57,760 nt of DNA from a virus (Duplodnaviria; Caudoviricetes): IMG/VR virus record IMGVR_UViG_3300006793_000033, positions 1 to 57,760 of that record; one strand, 5' to 3'. The notes beneath the pieces are model-generated. The model had not been told where the DNA came from. It did not search any database and saw only the letters and a program-made list of their open reading frames with translations. Position numbers and translations under genes: made by a program. Shown in pieces: positions 1 through 9,502 of the stretch (its first letter is position 1; every line of letters begins with the position of its first letter).

Positions 1-783
1 GACATGGGTGAGGGCGGAAGCGCCAACAGAAGCACTGCGTCCACGATGTCCAAAGCGATGCTCATGGATATCGAGGCAATGACTTGTGTGATGAAGGAGT
101 TCCTTGAGTTCTTCATTATCAGCGAGCTGCTACTTGAAGGTGGCTACAACCCGTTGGACCCCGACCAGATGGTCAGTGTCAAGTTCGGTATCATCGACAA
201 GGATGAGCGCCGCGCTGACGAGAACCAGCAGATTCAGCTGTTCCACGGCAACCTTCGAACCATGCAGGAAGTTCGGGCTGCACTTGGCGACAGGCCTTAC
301 ACAGAAGAAGATCTCGAAGAGTCTTACTACAGGCGCTTTCAGGAGCCCTTGGTGCTAGTAAAGGCCTTGATGCCCGGCTCTGCTGCCGGACAGGCACTGG
401 CTGGCCACCCCAGCTCCATCCTCAGCAAAGCTGACATTAAGCACGAAGAGGATTTTGCAGAGAAGCAATCAAAGGAAGCAGCGAAGACAAAGCAGGCTTC
501 AGCCGGCAAGGCCGAAGCCGCCAACAAGACAAGCGCCAACAAGGCGAAGCCAGCAAACCAGCACGGCAGTAGGTCTAGCGCGAAGACTAACAGAGACCTA
601 AGAGTTGAAGATCATGCTGGTGTAGTGCATACTGTTACTTGCGACTTCGAAGTTGACCCTGATAGTATTGCATCATGGCGAGACGAAGTCTTGACGCGCT
701 GGGACCAACTAGGTAACACTAGTATCAGTTTCGAGGCCCTAGCAGAAACAATGACTTGGCGCCTAAGAGGATCAACTTCATGA
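1..783 (+). CDS. Portal protein, C-terminal part (5' truncated by the window edge)
   Basis: Frame is open from base 1 (D-M-G-E-G-G-S-A-N-R-S-T-A). The segment 'VKFGIIDKD...LFHGNLRTMQEVRAALG' resembles portal C-termini and is followed by a low-complexity Ala/Lys tail. It lies directly upstream of the prohead protease (ATGA overlap). Confidence 0.7.
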   Translation, partial: DMGEGGSANRSTASTMSKAMLMDIEAMTCVMKEFLEFFIISELLLEGGYNPLDPDQMVSVKFGIIDKDERRADENQQIQLFHGNLRTMQEVRAALGDRPYTEEDLEESYYRRFQEPLVLVKALMPGSAAGQALAGHPSSILSKADIKHEEDFAEKQSKEAAKTKQASAGKAEAANKTSANKAKPANQHGSRSSAKTNRDLRVEDHAGVVHTVTCDFEVDPDSIASWRDEVLTRWDQLGNTSISFEALAETMTWRLRGSTS

Positions 784-2846
784 GTCTTACACTTCGAGAT
801 GTCTACAAAGTCAGACTGGATTCAGCTGTAGTAGATATGAATGCGGATGAGAAGCAGAAGTTGCTTAGCTCTACTGACTCCGTCGACGAGCAGGGCAAAA
901 GACGGGGGCTGATCATTACGTTTGATCTATCCAGCTCTCTCCGTCGCACGAACAACCGACTGTATACTCCCCGTGGCCAACGGGACCACGTTGAGTCCTG
1001 GACGACTCCGTACCCCAAGCCCATCCTTCTCCAGCACGATCGCAACAGCGACCCTATCGGTCGCTTCATTGACGTCAAGTGGGTATCTAACGACGCCGAG
1101 GCAATGAAGTTCTTCGACTCCATGTCAGACTTCATGGATTTCAAGCGCACCGCAGAAAGCGATGACCCGCGCAAGATCTACAAGGCGATGACGAAGCACA
1201 ACTTGCTCACAAATGACGCTTGGCCAGGAATTGGCAAGCTGGTAGCAAGGGCTCGCATCTCTGACCCCGAGGCTATTGAGAAGTTCCTCGACGGTCGCTA
1301 CATGACTTTCTCTGCAGGGTCACACACCAACCGCTATTGCTGCGGCCAGTGTGGCTCTGACTGGGCTCAAGGAGATGTGTGCGAGCATACTCCTGGATCT
1401 ATTTCAGATGACGGTCTTCCTGGCGTCTACATTACCGGAGCCTTTTATGGCGACGAGGGTAGTGTGGCGACAATGCCAGGCAATTCAATTTCACTTATCA
1501 GGTCAATGGAATTTGGCGACACTGCTGACGTGTCGGAAGTTTCTTCCGATGCCTTTACTGTCGACAGTGCAGACATCCAATTCATTGACGCCATTGTGGA
1601 CACAGGAGACATCATGGCAGACACTGCTGACGTAAAGCAGGTCGTTGACGCTCTAAAGGCCATGGACGCCCGCGATATCATTCGCGGGCTCTGGGATGGC
1701 ACTCTGACTGTCGAGCAGGTTGATGCTCTTGCAGGCAAGTCTCACTACGAGATTAGCTGGCTAGTGCGCGTCCATGATGCTCTTCACGCAGAGTACGACT
1801 GGCGTCTTCGCTACAGCGAAGAAGATGCGCTAGAAGTTCCAGATGCAGTTTTTGCATTCCACGGCGACATCCATGAGCTTAGCGAGGGCAAGGGATTCCG
1901 AGACTCGCTAATCAACGGTCCGCTGGATTCATTTAACAGAAAGGGCGAAGGCTCTACAGATTACATTTCCAAGCGCACACCAAGCAAGGATGCGGAGGAT
2001 TCAGGAGACATGGAAGTCATGACCCCGGCAGCTCTCGTAGAGATGCTTGAGGATGAGGCCGTTGTGGAAGCTCTGAAGAACCTTCTAACAGCTCCCCCTC
2101 AGGAGACCGAAACAGATGGCGCGCAAGAAGAGGAAGTCGTAACCGACACACCGGTTGTGGATGAAACTCTTGTTGATGCCGAAGAGACTGACGCAGTCGA
2201 CCTTTCAGGTCTCGACTGGTTCCTTCTCTCCATCGCACTAGACGCGACTCTAGGAGAAGATAAGCTTGAGGCTGATAAGCTTGAGGCCCTTGAGGACTCA
2301 GCTTTCGTAGGCCCCGAACGTACCTTCCCAGTAGTCGACGCAGCACATGTTGCTGCGGCACGCAAAGTTGCTGACCAGATGAAGTGCTCTGACGAAGAGA
2401 GGGCTGCCTTCGTGGCTGCTCTCGACAAGTTTGAGGCAGACGTCTGTCCCCCAGCTTGCACCTGTGATTCCGCTGATACAGTGGAGTCGCTTCAGAAGGA
2501 CTACGCAGCATCTCTTGAGCTTGCAACCAAGCTAAAGAATGAGCTAGATTCTCTGAAGATCAAGCTGGGCGAACTTGACAGTTCGGACGCCAGCGAAGAC
2601 AATGTTACTATTCCAAACGTCGAAGACATTCAGGCAGTCGACAGTCCTTCGGAGTCTAGCGCTAACGCACTAGCCCCGATCGCTAAAGAGCTTGGTGACT
2701 ACGAACGAAAGATTGTTTCTACTTACAAGGAACTGAGAGATTCGAAGGGTGAAGCCTCCGCAAACCACTACTTGCGTAGGAAGATTGCAGTTGGCCACCT
2801 TTCCAGAAGTTTTGACATTACACCTTACATTCAGGAGAATGAATAA
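780..2846 (+). CDS. Prohead (capsid maturation) protease fused to an acidic scaffold-like C-terminal region
   Basis: ATG 780 overlaps the portal stop, with RBS AAGAGG. Motifs 'PKPILLQHDRNSDPIGR' (His) and 'FLDGRYMTFSAGS' (Ser) are typical of HK97/U35-like prohead proteases, followed by a CxxC...C-x-H cluster. The C-terminal half is D/E-rich with a coiled coil. Located between portal and capsid. Confidence 0.8.
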   Translation: MSLTLRDVYKVRLDSAVVDMNADEKQKLLSSTDSVDEQGKRRGLIITFDLSSSLRRTNNRLYTPRGQRDHVESWTTPYPKPILLQHDRNSDPIGRFIDVKWVSNDAEAMKFFDSMSDFMDFKRTAESDDPRKIYKAMTKHNLLTNDAWPGIGKLVARARISDPEAIEKFLDGRYMTFSAGSHTNRYCCGQCGSDWAQGDVCEHTPGSISDDGLPGVYITGAFYGDEGSVATMPGNSISLIRSMEFGDTADVSEVSSDAFTVDSADIQFIDAIVDTGDIMADTADVKQVVDALKAMDARDIIRGLWDGTLTVEQVDALAGKSHYEISWLVRVHDALHAEYDWRLRYSEEDALEVPDAVFAFHGDIHELSEGKGFRDSLINGPLDSFNRKGEGSTDYISKRTPSKDAEDSGDMEVMTPAALVEMLEDEAVVEALKNLLTAPPQETETDGAQEEEVVTDTPVVDETLVDAEETDAVDLSGLDWFLLSIALDATLGEDKLEADKLEALEDSAFVGPERTFPVVDAAHVAAARKVADQMKCSDEERAAFVAALDKFEADVCPPACTCDSADTVESLQKDYAASLELATKLKNELDSLKIKLGELDSSDASEDNVTIPNVEDIQAVDSPSESSANALAPIAKELGDYERKIVSTYKELRDSKGEASANHYLRRKIAVGHLSRSFDITPYIQENE

Positions 2847-4222
2847 TGGCTGTCACTAGATTTTCTGCTCAGCACCGCGTACGTGAGGACGTATTCGACA
2901 GCATCACACCGAGCGTTACCGTTCAGCGTGATGTTAGCGCGCCGTCAGGCGAGTGGAAGCCAGCTCCCTGGCTCCCAATCGTCTTCAGCAAGTCCAATAT
3001 TGGCGCTGGAACAGATTACTTCGTAATCTCCAGTGGCAAGATTGTGTCTTTCGATTCCGAAGGGTACCTCGTACCTGCCGGTCTGCGCGCCGCTCTTGTC
3101 GACACTGCTGCCTCAACTGCCGCTGTTCTGACCTACACCTCCGACGACTACGACCAGCAGGTCATTGACCTCGTGACTGGCGTTGCAGTCGCCAGCTCTG
3201 CGGGCGCCACTTACACTGGCCTCGAAGTAGCTGAAGCTATTGTTGAGCGCGGTTTCATCGACGCAGTTGTAGACACTACTTCTGGCTCGGTTCCACCTGC
3301 TACTGACACAGACATTCAAGAAGTAATCGAATCCTTCATCAGCAAGCCTGTTGGCGTTTCCGCTTACGACATCTATGTTTGGTCCGGCCGCCCCGAAGAT
3401 GGCGACCAGAAGTTCAACAACTACAGCAAGCAGCACCTCATCCAGTTCCTCACCGAACTGCAAATGAAGGTTCCGCATCGCACCACCCAGGACACTAGCT
3501 CTGACTCCTTCGACGTCAGCGCCGTGACTGAAACCGCTGCAGCTTCTGCAGATGGCGACTTTCCTGTAGCTGGTGAGATCTGGAACGAGACTGCGCTTGA
3601 CGACCTCTCCCGCTACGCGGCTGTTGTCGACGGCATGTCCGTGACTGCCTGGGCTCTTGCAGAGCGCCCAGTTGCCAAGAACACTTCCCGTACCCCAATC
3701 AGCTGCGACGTCAGCGGAGTTCTCACAACTGAGAAGTCCTCTCTCGCCGGCATCAGCTCTGAGGGTGACTGGTACCTAGACGCCGACGTAGGAATTCTGT
3801 TCACTCACAGTGACACCTACGACACTCTCGTCGCAGACAACAACGACCCAACCTTTAGTTACTACTACTACGAGGTTTCTGCCACCACTGGTGCCAGCTC
3901 TGATCGTTACGTCTTCTTCGACGGTGAAGGCAAGCCAGGTGACTTCCTAAGCTTCGACGCATCTAGCAACTTTGTTGTTATGGCATCGTCACAGGATGCT
4001 CTTGGTACTAGCAACACCGAATGGATCGCACGTCTTCACAAGATCGATGCCGAGCCTAAGGACCTGCTAGACAAGGTAAAGACTGCCTTTAACCTCACTG
4101 GAATGACTGCGGTATCTAAGATGCCTGGTAGTGCAACCAGTGGTTACAGCGACCTAATCACTCTCGCGACTTCAGAAGAAGTTGCAGATCAGATCGCCAT
4201 CATCAACCTCGTCGTACGCTGA
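2846..4222 (+). CDS. Virion head structural protein (head decoration/cement-like)
   Basis: 458-aa acidic, S/T/D-rich ORF between protease and major capsid gene; TAATG coupling to the protease gene. Function inferred from position. Confidence 0.55.
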   Translation: MAVTRFSAQHRVREDVFDSITPSVTVQRDVSAPSGEWKPAPWLPIVFSKSNIGAGTDYFVISSGKIVSFDSEGYLVPAGLRAALVDTAASTAAVLTYTSDDYDQQVIDLVTGVAVASSAGATYTGLEVAEAIVERGFIDAVVDTTSGSVPPATDTDIQEVIESFISKPVGVSAYDIYVWSGRPEDGDQKFNNYSKQHLIQFLTELQMKVPHRTTQDTSSDSFDVSAVTETAAASADGDFPVAGEIWNETALDDLSRYAAVVDGMSVTAWALAERPVAKNTSRTPISCDVSGVLTTEKSSLAGISSEGDWYLDADVGILFTHSDTYDTLVADNNDPTFSYYYYEVSATTGASSDRYVFFDGEGKPGDFLSFDASSNFVVMASSQDALGTSNTEWIARLHKIDAEPKDLLDKVKTAFNLTGMTAVSKMPGSATSGYSDLITLATSEEVADQIAIINLVVR

Positions 4223-4235
4223 GAAGGAGAACAAA

Positions 4236-5540
4236 ATGAAGTTCACACTACGAGACGGCAACGCAGTAGACCTACCTTCGACACCGAAGGCAGCTACTCG
4301 TTATGTAGCCGACCTCTTCCGCAATCAGGGCCGAAACGAAGATGAAGGCGTTGAGATGGAGTGGGAAGACATGTACAAGTACCTGTCACCCCGACACACT
4401 GACGTTGTTGCAGCGCCAGATATTCGTCCACTCCTACAGTCCTCTATGGAAGTACTAATTCGTGAGCCAGTTGAGCCACTCATGGTCATCACTGGACTCT
4501 TTAACAGAGTCCAGGCCAAGGGTCTCAGCACTCAGGTGCTCGCAGGAGCAGTCGGTGCGGTATACGCACAGGACATCCCTGAGCACGGTACTTACCCTGA
4601 GGTAATGTTCCAGCTCGGCGGTGCGCTGCAGACTGCATGGATCGGCAAGTCCGGTCTCGCAGCCAGCTTCACTGACGAAGCGCTGCGCTACAGCACTTGG
4701 GACATCATGGCAATGAACCTTCGCCTAATGGGCGCTGCGCTCGTGCGCCACAAGGAGCAGAAGGCTGTTAGCTTCCTGCGTTCCTTGGGTACCGAGCTGT
4801 ACAACAACAGCAGCCCCACCACTTCCATGTTCGGTGTAACCACTGGACGCGGACTGGACATGCAGGCAAACGGTTCTCTGACTACTGACGACCTCTTTAA
4901 GGCTATGGCACACATGGCTGAGGAAGGCTTCCAGCCAGACGTACTGCTACTCAACCCACTCTTCTTCTATCAGTTCCTACAGGACCCAGTCCTACGCAAC
5001 ATGCTCCTCGCCCACGGCGGTGGCTCGTACTTCGAGCGCTGGTCCGGTCAGGCTGGACCACTGGACCCATGGTCCAACGGTTCAATGGGTGCCCAGGGTC
5101 CATCCCTCGGTAACAAGCTCAACGCTTCTGGTAACGCTGCAGGTGAAACTGCAACCGGTATCGCTGGTCGCGAGCATGGCATGACTGCCGTAGGCAACCT
5201 ACCCCCTGCATACTTCCCATGGCCCTTCCGTGTCATGGTTAGCCCCCTTGTTCCTTTCGACGCTAGCTCTCAGCTCGGCGACATCTACCTGCTCAGCTCC
5301 GGCAACGTTGGCTTCCACCTCGTTGACGAAGACCTGACTCAGGTCGAGTGGCGCGACGAGAACGTCGATGTCGTTAAGGTCAAGCTTCGTGAGCGTTACG
5401 GTTTCGCCGTTGCACACGAGGGCCAGGGTGTCGGAGTCATGAAGAACGTCAAGCTTGCTCGCAACTACTGGGATGGCACTGTTAGTGCTCAGACCATGGA
5501 TGTTGATAGTGAGATTGGTGCTACTGATACCGTCCTCTAA
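4236..5540 (+). CDS. Major capsid protein (HK97 fold)
   Basis: ATG 4236 with RBS AAGGAG. Segments 'IPEHGTYPE', 'IGKSGLAASFTDEALRYSTWDIM', 'PDVLLLNP', 'VMVSPLVP' and 'VKLRERYGFAV' match the HK97-fold capsid pattern. Followed by a strong hairpin. Confidence 0.85.
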   Translation: MKFTLRDGNAVDLPSTPKAATRYVADLFRNQGRNEDEGVEMEWEDMYKYLSPRHTDVVAAPDIRPLLQSSMEVLIREPVEPLMVITGLFNRVQAKGLSTQVLAGAVGAVYAQDIPEHGTYPEVMFQLGGALQTAWIGKSGLAASFTDEALRYSTWDIMAMNLRLMGAALVRHKEQKAVSFLRSLGTELYNNSSPTTSMFGVTTGRGLDMQANGSLTTDDLFKAMAHMAEEGFQPDVLLLNPLFFYQFLQDPVLRNMLLAHGGGSYFERWSGQAGPLDPWSNGSMGAQGPSLGNKLNASGNAAGETATGIAGREHGMTAVGNLPPAYFPWPFRVMVSPLVPFDASSQLGDIYLLSSGNVGFHLVDEDLTQVEWRDENVDVVKVKLRERYGFAVAHEGQGVGVMKNVKLARNYWDGTVSAQTMDVDSEIGATDTVL

Positions 5541-5569
5541 GTCCTGAATAGGGCTTGAGCACCTTTCCT

Positions 5570-5600
5570 GGGGAGTCCTCTTACGGGGACTCCCCTTCGT
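5570..5600 (+). terminator. Stem-loop after the capsid gene (probable intrinsic terminator or mRNA-stabilising hairpin)
   Basis: GGGGAGTCCTC-TTAC-GGGGACTCCCC inverted repeat (5570-5595) with only a weak T-tract (TTCGT). Confidence 0.65.
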
Positions 5601-5635
5601 GCTTACAGTCGTGTAGAATAGACAAAGGAGAACGT

Positions 5636-5917
5636 ATGTCTTGGTTTAAGAAGGAAGTAGAGGATTGGGATCTAGTAGGCAAGGCGCTTAAGCGCGAAGA
5701 GCGAAAAGACATGGTGCGAGATGTATCCATGCAGAAGTTCAACCCAGACTTTGCTGTCACTACCCTGCTGGGCGAAACCGTGGTGGTTCAAGAAGCAGTA
5801 GACTCTACCACCACAATCGAATTGGACGAGGAGAAGACTATCGTTGTCGGCTCCATGGGCATCCAAGAAGATCTTGGAGTTGATACTGACACCCTAAAGC
5901 AAATCAAGGGAGACTGA
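5636..5917 (+). CDS. Small hypothetical protein (93 aa)
   Basis: ATG 5636 preceded by AAAGGAG; fills the gap between the hairpin and the next gene. Confidence 0.6.
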   Translation: MSWFKKEVEDWDLVGKALKREERKDMVRDVSMQKFNPDFAVTTLLGETVVVQEAVDSTTTIELDEEKTIVVGSMGIQEDLGVDTDTLKQIKGD

Positions 5918-5920
5918 TAA

Positions 5921-7048
5921 ATGGCCGCGCCAACTATTCAGAGAGTTTATCCAGCCGACGGTGACACTGGCATTCCAGTTGGTGAGACCCTGAAGGTGTG
6001 GTTCGATATCGGTGTCGACGAGAAGTCCATTAAGGACTCCATCGTCTTGTTTGCTTCTGAGTCAGACCAGACATCTGGTCCGGACTCAGCTATGTGGATT
6101 GATGAGGATACGGGCAACAACCCGTACTTCCTTTCTTCCCCTGGCTTCAAGGGCTATGTGCCTCTGAAGTTTGAGATTGTGTACTGGGACACTACAGACA
6201 CCGTGACCTACGCAGAAGTCACTAGTCCTGTCACAATCACGAGTGAAGCTGACGAAAGCTCTAACAACTATGGAGCTTTGGTTAAGATCACTATCGACCC
6301 TGAGTTTGCTGCCACACTGGCTGCAGACACAGAGTACACCCTGTATATCAACGGAGACCCTGACAGCACCGACAGCGGTGCTGCTTCCAGAACCGTGTTT
6401 GATACAGAAGCAGACGCCGGCAACACCGGGTCTGGAGACTTGGTCCTGTACGGCCCCTACATCGACGACGGGGTAGGTGACGACACACTCAATGTGAAGA
6501 TCACTACTGGTGGAAACATTGGGACAGCTGACTACAAGTGGTGGTGGGATTCTGATGGCGAGCCAGCAGCCACTATCGATCGCATCACCAACAGGCGCTA
6601 CCGCAATGTAGGCAAGGGCGTCCAGATCAGGTTTACTGGCAGCAGCTTTGCTGTCGATGACCTGTGGACCGCCAATGTAGAGACCTTGACGAGAATGACA
6701 ACTAGCTCGTCGGTTGCGTTCACTACTAACGATGGCAGCTACACGGCTGCGCCCAGCAGTCCAAGCACACCCGCTACAAGCTCAGCGCCTGCGACAGTTC
6801 TGCCGACTAATGCCGACCCCTTCGACGTGGACTACATGGATCCGCTGAACGCTAGCTACAATGTTGACCCAGACAAGCGAATCATCACCATCGTATTCAC
6901 CGACGATGTAGCGTCCGGAACTATCACTGATGATTCCGTTAAGCTTTGGGCCTACCCAGTTGAGGGTCACTACGGTAACACCTGGGCACCCTATGAGCTA
7001 GAGAAGAGTCTGTCACTCACTGACGACACCCTGACCATTCGATACTGA
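5921..7048 (+). CDS. Virion protein with Ig-like (Big_5/SbsA-type) domains
   Basis: N-terminal 'PTIQRVYPADGDTGIPVGETLKVWFD' and C-terminal 'DPLNASYNVDP...ITIVFTDDV' are Big_5-like starts, separated by a P/S/T-rich linker. Confidence 0.6.
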   Translation: MAAPTIQRVYPADGDTGIPVGETLKVWFDIGVDEKSIKDSIVLFASESDQTSGPDSAMWIDEDTGNNPYFLSSPGFKGYVPLKFEIVYWDTTDTVTYAEVTSPVTITSEADESSNNYGALVKITIDPEFAATLAADTEYTLYINGDPDSTDSGAASRTVFDTEADAGNTGSGDLVLYGPYIDDGVGDDTLNVKITTGGNIGTADYKWWWDSDGEPAATIDRITNRRYRNVGKGVQIRFTGSSFAVDDLWTANVETLTRMTTSSSVAFTTNDGSYTAAPSSPSTPATSSAPATVLPTNADPFDVDYMDPLNASYNVDPDKRIITIVFTDDVASGTITDDSVKLWAYPVEGHYGNTWAPYELEKSLSLTDDTLTIRY

Positions 7049-7056
7049 GGTAGATC

Positions 7057-8100
7057 ATGGCTGTTTCAAATAGAGGTGCCGCACTAGCTGGCAACGAGCT
7101 TGTTCTGCGCGCGGTCTTTACTGACGCGGATGGGTGCCTGACTGACCTAGATACTGAACCCAGTATCTACATCTATGACGAAGATGTCGACACTTCTACG
7201 ATTCTAGCTGAAGCTGAAGCCCAGGTGTACACTACTGCGCTGGCGGGCCCACTGACCGCCACGCGCCTTAGCACTGGTTACTACACTTATAGCTACACTG
7301 TTCCAGCTGGTGGTGATGCTGGAAGCTGGCACGACCTGTGGGTCGGGACAATCAATTCCACTGACGACTATCAGTACTTTGATTTCGCGGTAACTACCGG
7401 CTTCACATCTCGCAGTCAGAATCTTGGACCCAACACAATGGTTGTCATCGAGCTGGCTGCCACCATCACAAATGATGATGGTGATGAGTTCTTGCCGGCG
7501 ACCGACCTTTACTACACTACGACTTACTCTCCGCTCTACGCTTCTCCTGATCTGATTCGGCTGGAGATGGGGCGGTGGATTGACTACATCCCTGATGACA
7601 CTCTAGCCCTTATGGCTCACCTAGCCAGTAAGGAGGCCAACTTCATTCAGGGAGACTCTCCAGCTGGCTATGGAAACATCCAGCTGGCTCGCACTAAGTT
7701 CGTTGTGTTCGATGCCGTGTGGCGCTGCCTGATGATTCCAGGGCAGGGCAAGGAAGCTGGCTACTCCGCTGGCAAGAAGAAGTCCTTGGGAGACCTCAGT
7801 ATCGCTGACGGCGCACCTGTTACTGCTATCCCAGATGAAATCTACGACTGGGTACGCGAGCAGCGTCAAGAGTGGTGGAGGGTGGTTAACGCCGGCGGAA
7901 ACATTGTGCCCGGACAAGGGTTGTCACCGACCATGGCTGTTAAGGGCTGGCTTGATCCAGACAGGCGACTTACTGGTCGCCTGTGGGATAGCCCAGAAAC
8001 GACTCGCTACCCACAACCTAGTTCTAACAGAAAGGTTCGTCAGGCTGGCCGTCGTCGTGGACGCTTCGGCTTTGATGATCGACGTCGCGGAGGTAGATGA
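7057..8100 (+). CDS. Putative head-tail adaptor/neck protein
   Basis: Lies between capsid and sheath genes; beta-rich N-terminus, 'KKKSLGDLSI' adaptor-like motif, Arg-rich C-terminal tail; RBS GAGG. Confidence 0.5.
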   Translation: MAVSNRGAALAGNELVLRAVFTDADGCLTDLDTEPSIYIYDEDVDTSTILAEAEAQVYTTALAGPLTATRLSTGYYTYSYTVPAGGDAGSWHDLWVGTINSTDDYQYFDFAVTTGFTSRSQNLGPNTMVVIELAATITNDDGDEFLPATDLYYTTTYSPLYASPDLIRLEMGRWIDYIPDDTLALMAHLASKEANFIQGDSPAGYGNIQLARTKFVVFDAVWRCLMIPGQGKEAGYSAGKKKSLGDLSIADGAPVTAIPDEIYDWVREQRQEWWRVVNAGGNIVPGQGLSPTMAVKGWLDPDRRLTGRLWDSPETTRYPQPSSNRKVRQAGRRRGRFGFDDRRRGGR

Positions 8101-8699
8101 TGTCATCTCGTCGTCCCGGCCTGTTTGGGTCTAAGCCTGGACGCAGGCCTGCTGCTGCTGCGCCTAGCACCGATGGTGCTGAGCTAGACCTGCGTGCGGA
8201 AATGGACGAGATTCTGTTTGGCACTCCCAACGGGCCAAAGCACGGCAAGATGTTGTTGCTCCGAAACATGCGTCGGGACAGTGACGGCTATCCAACAGAG
8301 TGCGAATGCCAATCGGGCCAGAGCACTCGCGAGCCTGACCCTGACTGCAGCTACTGCCTGGGTGAAGGCTATCTCTGGGATGAGAACTATGTCTGGGGGT
8401 TCAGTATGTTTGCTGGAGCTGATAATGGCATGGTGCGCCGTTATGTCACTATGGCTCCCGGTATGGTGCGCGTAGATTACAAAATCTTCTTCTTTCGCTA
8501 CGACACTACAATCCTTTACGGCGACAAGATTATCGAACTCAAGCTTGATGACGATGGCGACGTCGAGCTACCATATGTTCGAGAAGCAATCTACAAGCCG
8601 CAGACTCTTCAGAAGCGCAGAGCAGACAATGGGCGGCTCGAATTCATTGCTGCCTTCTGCAGAGAGAAGGATGCGCTTAGATCGGACAATCCACAATGA
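8097..8699 (+). CDS. Putative head-closure/neck protein with a Cys4 zinc-binding motif
   Basis: 'CEC...PDPDCSYCLGEGYLW' motif, as in neck proteins of large myoviruses; ATGA coupling on both sides. Confidence 0.55.
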   Translation: MMSSRRPGLFGSKPGRRPAAAAPSTDGAELDLRAEMDEILFGTPNGPKHGKMLLLRNMRRDSDGYPTECECQSGQSTREPDPDCSYCLGEGYLWDENYVWGFSMFAGADNGMVRRYVTMAPGMVRVDYKIFFFRYDTTILYGDKIIELKLDDDGDVELPYVREAIYKPQTLQKRRADNGRLEFIAAFCREKDALRSDNPQ

Positions 8700-9487
8700 G
8701 CCTGAATAGCACAACAAGTCAGATCATCGAACAAGTCAGACAGGAACTTCTGGATGACGACGGCTTCATGACTATTGAGGTAATGGATAGCTATAAGGGC
8801 AGCACTGTAGATTCAGATCCTGATTACGAGAAGCCGACCAAGATCAAGAGTCCTTTCACATTCGACCCGACGCGCTTCCTCAGTAATTGCCAGACTATGA
8901 CTTTGCCCCGTTTCATTGAAGTGGCAGGCGAACTTCTGGACGATGCTCAAGAGAGAGAAGGAACTGTAGAGGGCGAGAGGGTCTCTTTGATTGAAGAGTA
9001 TCCTGCCGAGGACTTCACCCGCTTTGGCGATGAGGTGGTGGCCTGGAAGCTGATTAGTAGAGAGCCTGCGAAGATGAACTCTACTGCCACAGGTAGGCCT
9101 CAAATGGGCTTCCGTTACTACTACAAGCTTCGCTCTCCCAAATACCCCAATAAGTGGGTTGAAGTTCAGGCCCGACCACTTGACCACATCATTGAATTTC
9201 AGTGCTGGTCTAAGAGCGCACGACTAGCTAATCGTCGTGCGCTATGGCTAGAGAATCTCTTCGCTTCTCACGCATGGGCTGTTAAAGTCCAAGGCGCAGA
9301 CCGCTTCTACTTTAAGAAGCGCATCAACGACTGGTATACTACGACTGGTGGTCAAGGGCTGTATGTCCGACCGCTCCAGTTTTTTGTCAGGCTCTATGAC
9401 TTCCGAGTTGTAGCAGATCCTGTAATCAAGCACATCACTTTTGAAATCGGAAGTCTACCTTCCGACGAGCTGAATAAGGGTTTCTAA
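8696..9487 (+). CDS. Putative tail terminator/tail completion protein
   Basis: Immediately upstream of the sheath gene; 'IEFQCWSKSARLANRRALWLENLF' strand-helix pattern typical of tail terminators. Confidence 0.5.
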   Translation: MSLNSTTSQIIEQVRQELLDDDGFMTIEVMDSYKGSTVDSDPDYEKPTKIKSPFTFDPTRFLSNCQTMTLPRFIEVAGELLDDAQEREGTVEGERVSLIEEYPAEDFTRFGDEVVAWKLISREPAKMNSTATGRPQMGFRYYYKLRSPKYPNKWVEVQARPLDHIIEFQCWSKSARLANRRALWLENLFASHAWAVKVQGADRFYFKKRINDWYTTTGGQGLYVRPLQFFVRLYDFRVVADPVIKHITFEIGSLPSDELNKGF

Positions 9488-9502
9488 TAGGAGGTCCCCC
9501 AA

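Noticed and set aside
2259-2288. Short tandem repeats (GATAAGCTTGAGGC x2; also ~28175-28210, ~46258-46288, ~54328-54352)
   Set aside because: Two to three in-frame copies encoding short peptide duplications; not CRISPR, DGR or att-like structures.
2575-2611. TTGACA ... TACTAT sigma70-like promoter inside the protease gene
   Set aside because: The spacer is about 25 nt, far from 16-18 nt.
4182-5635. Longer ORF-track starts (4182, 5555; also 756, 12606, 56153, 56758)
   Set aside because: Downstream ATGs have clear Shine-Dalgarno sequences or stop/start overlaps; the 5555 extension runs through the terminator hairpin.
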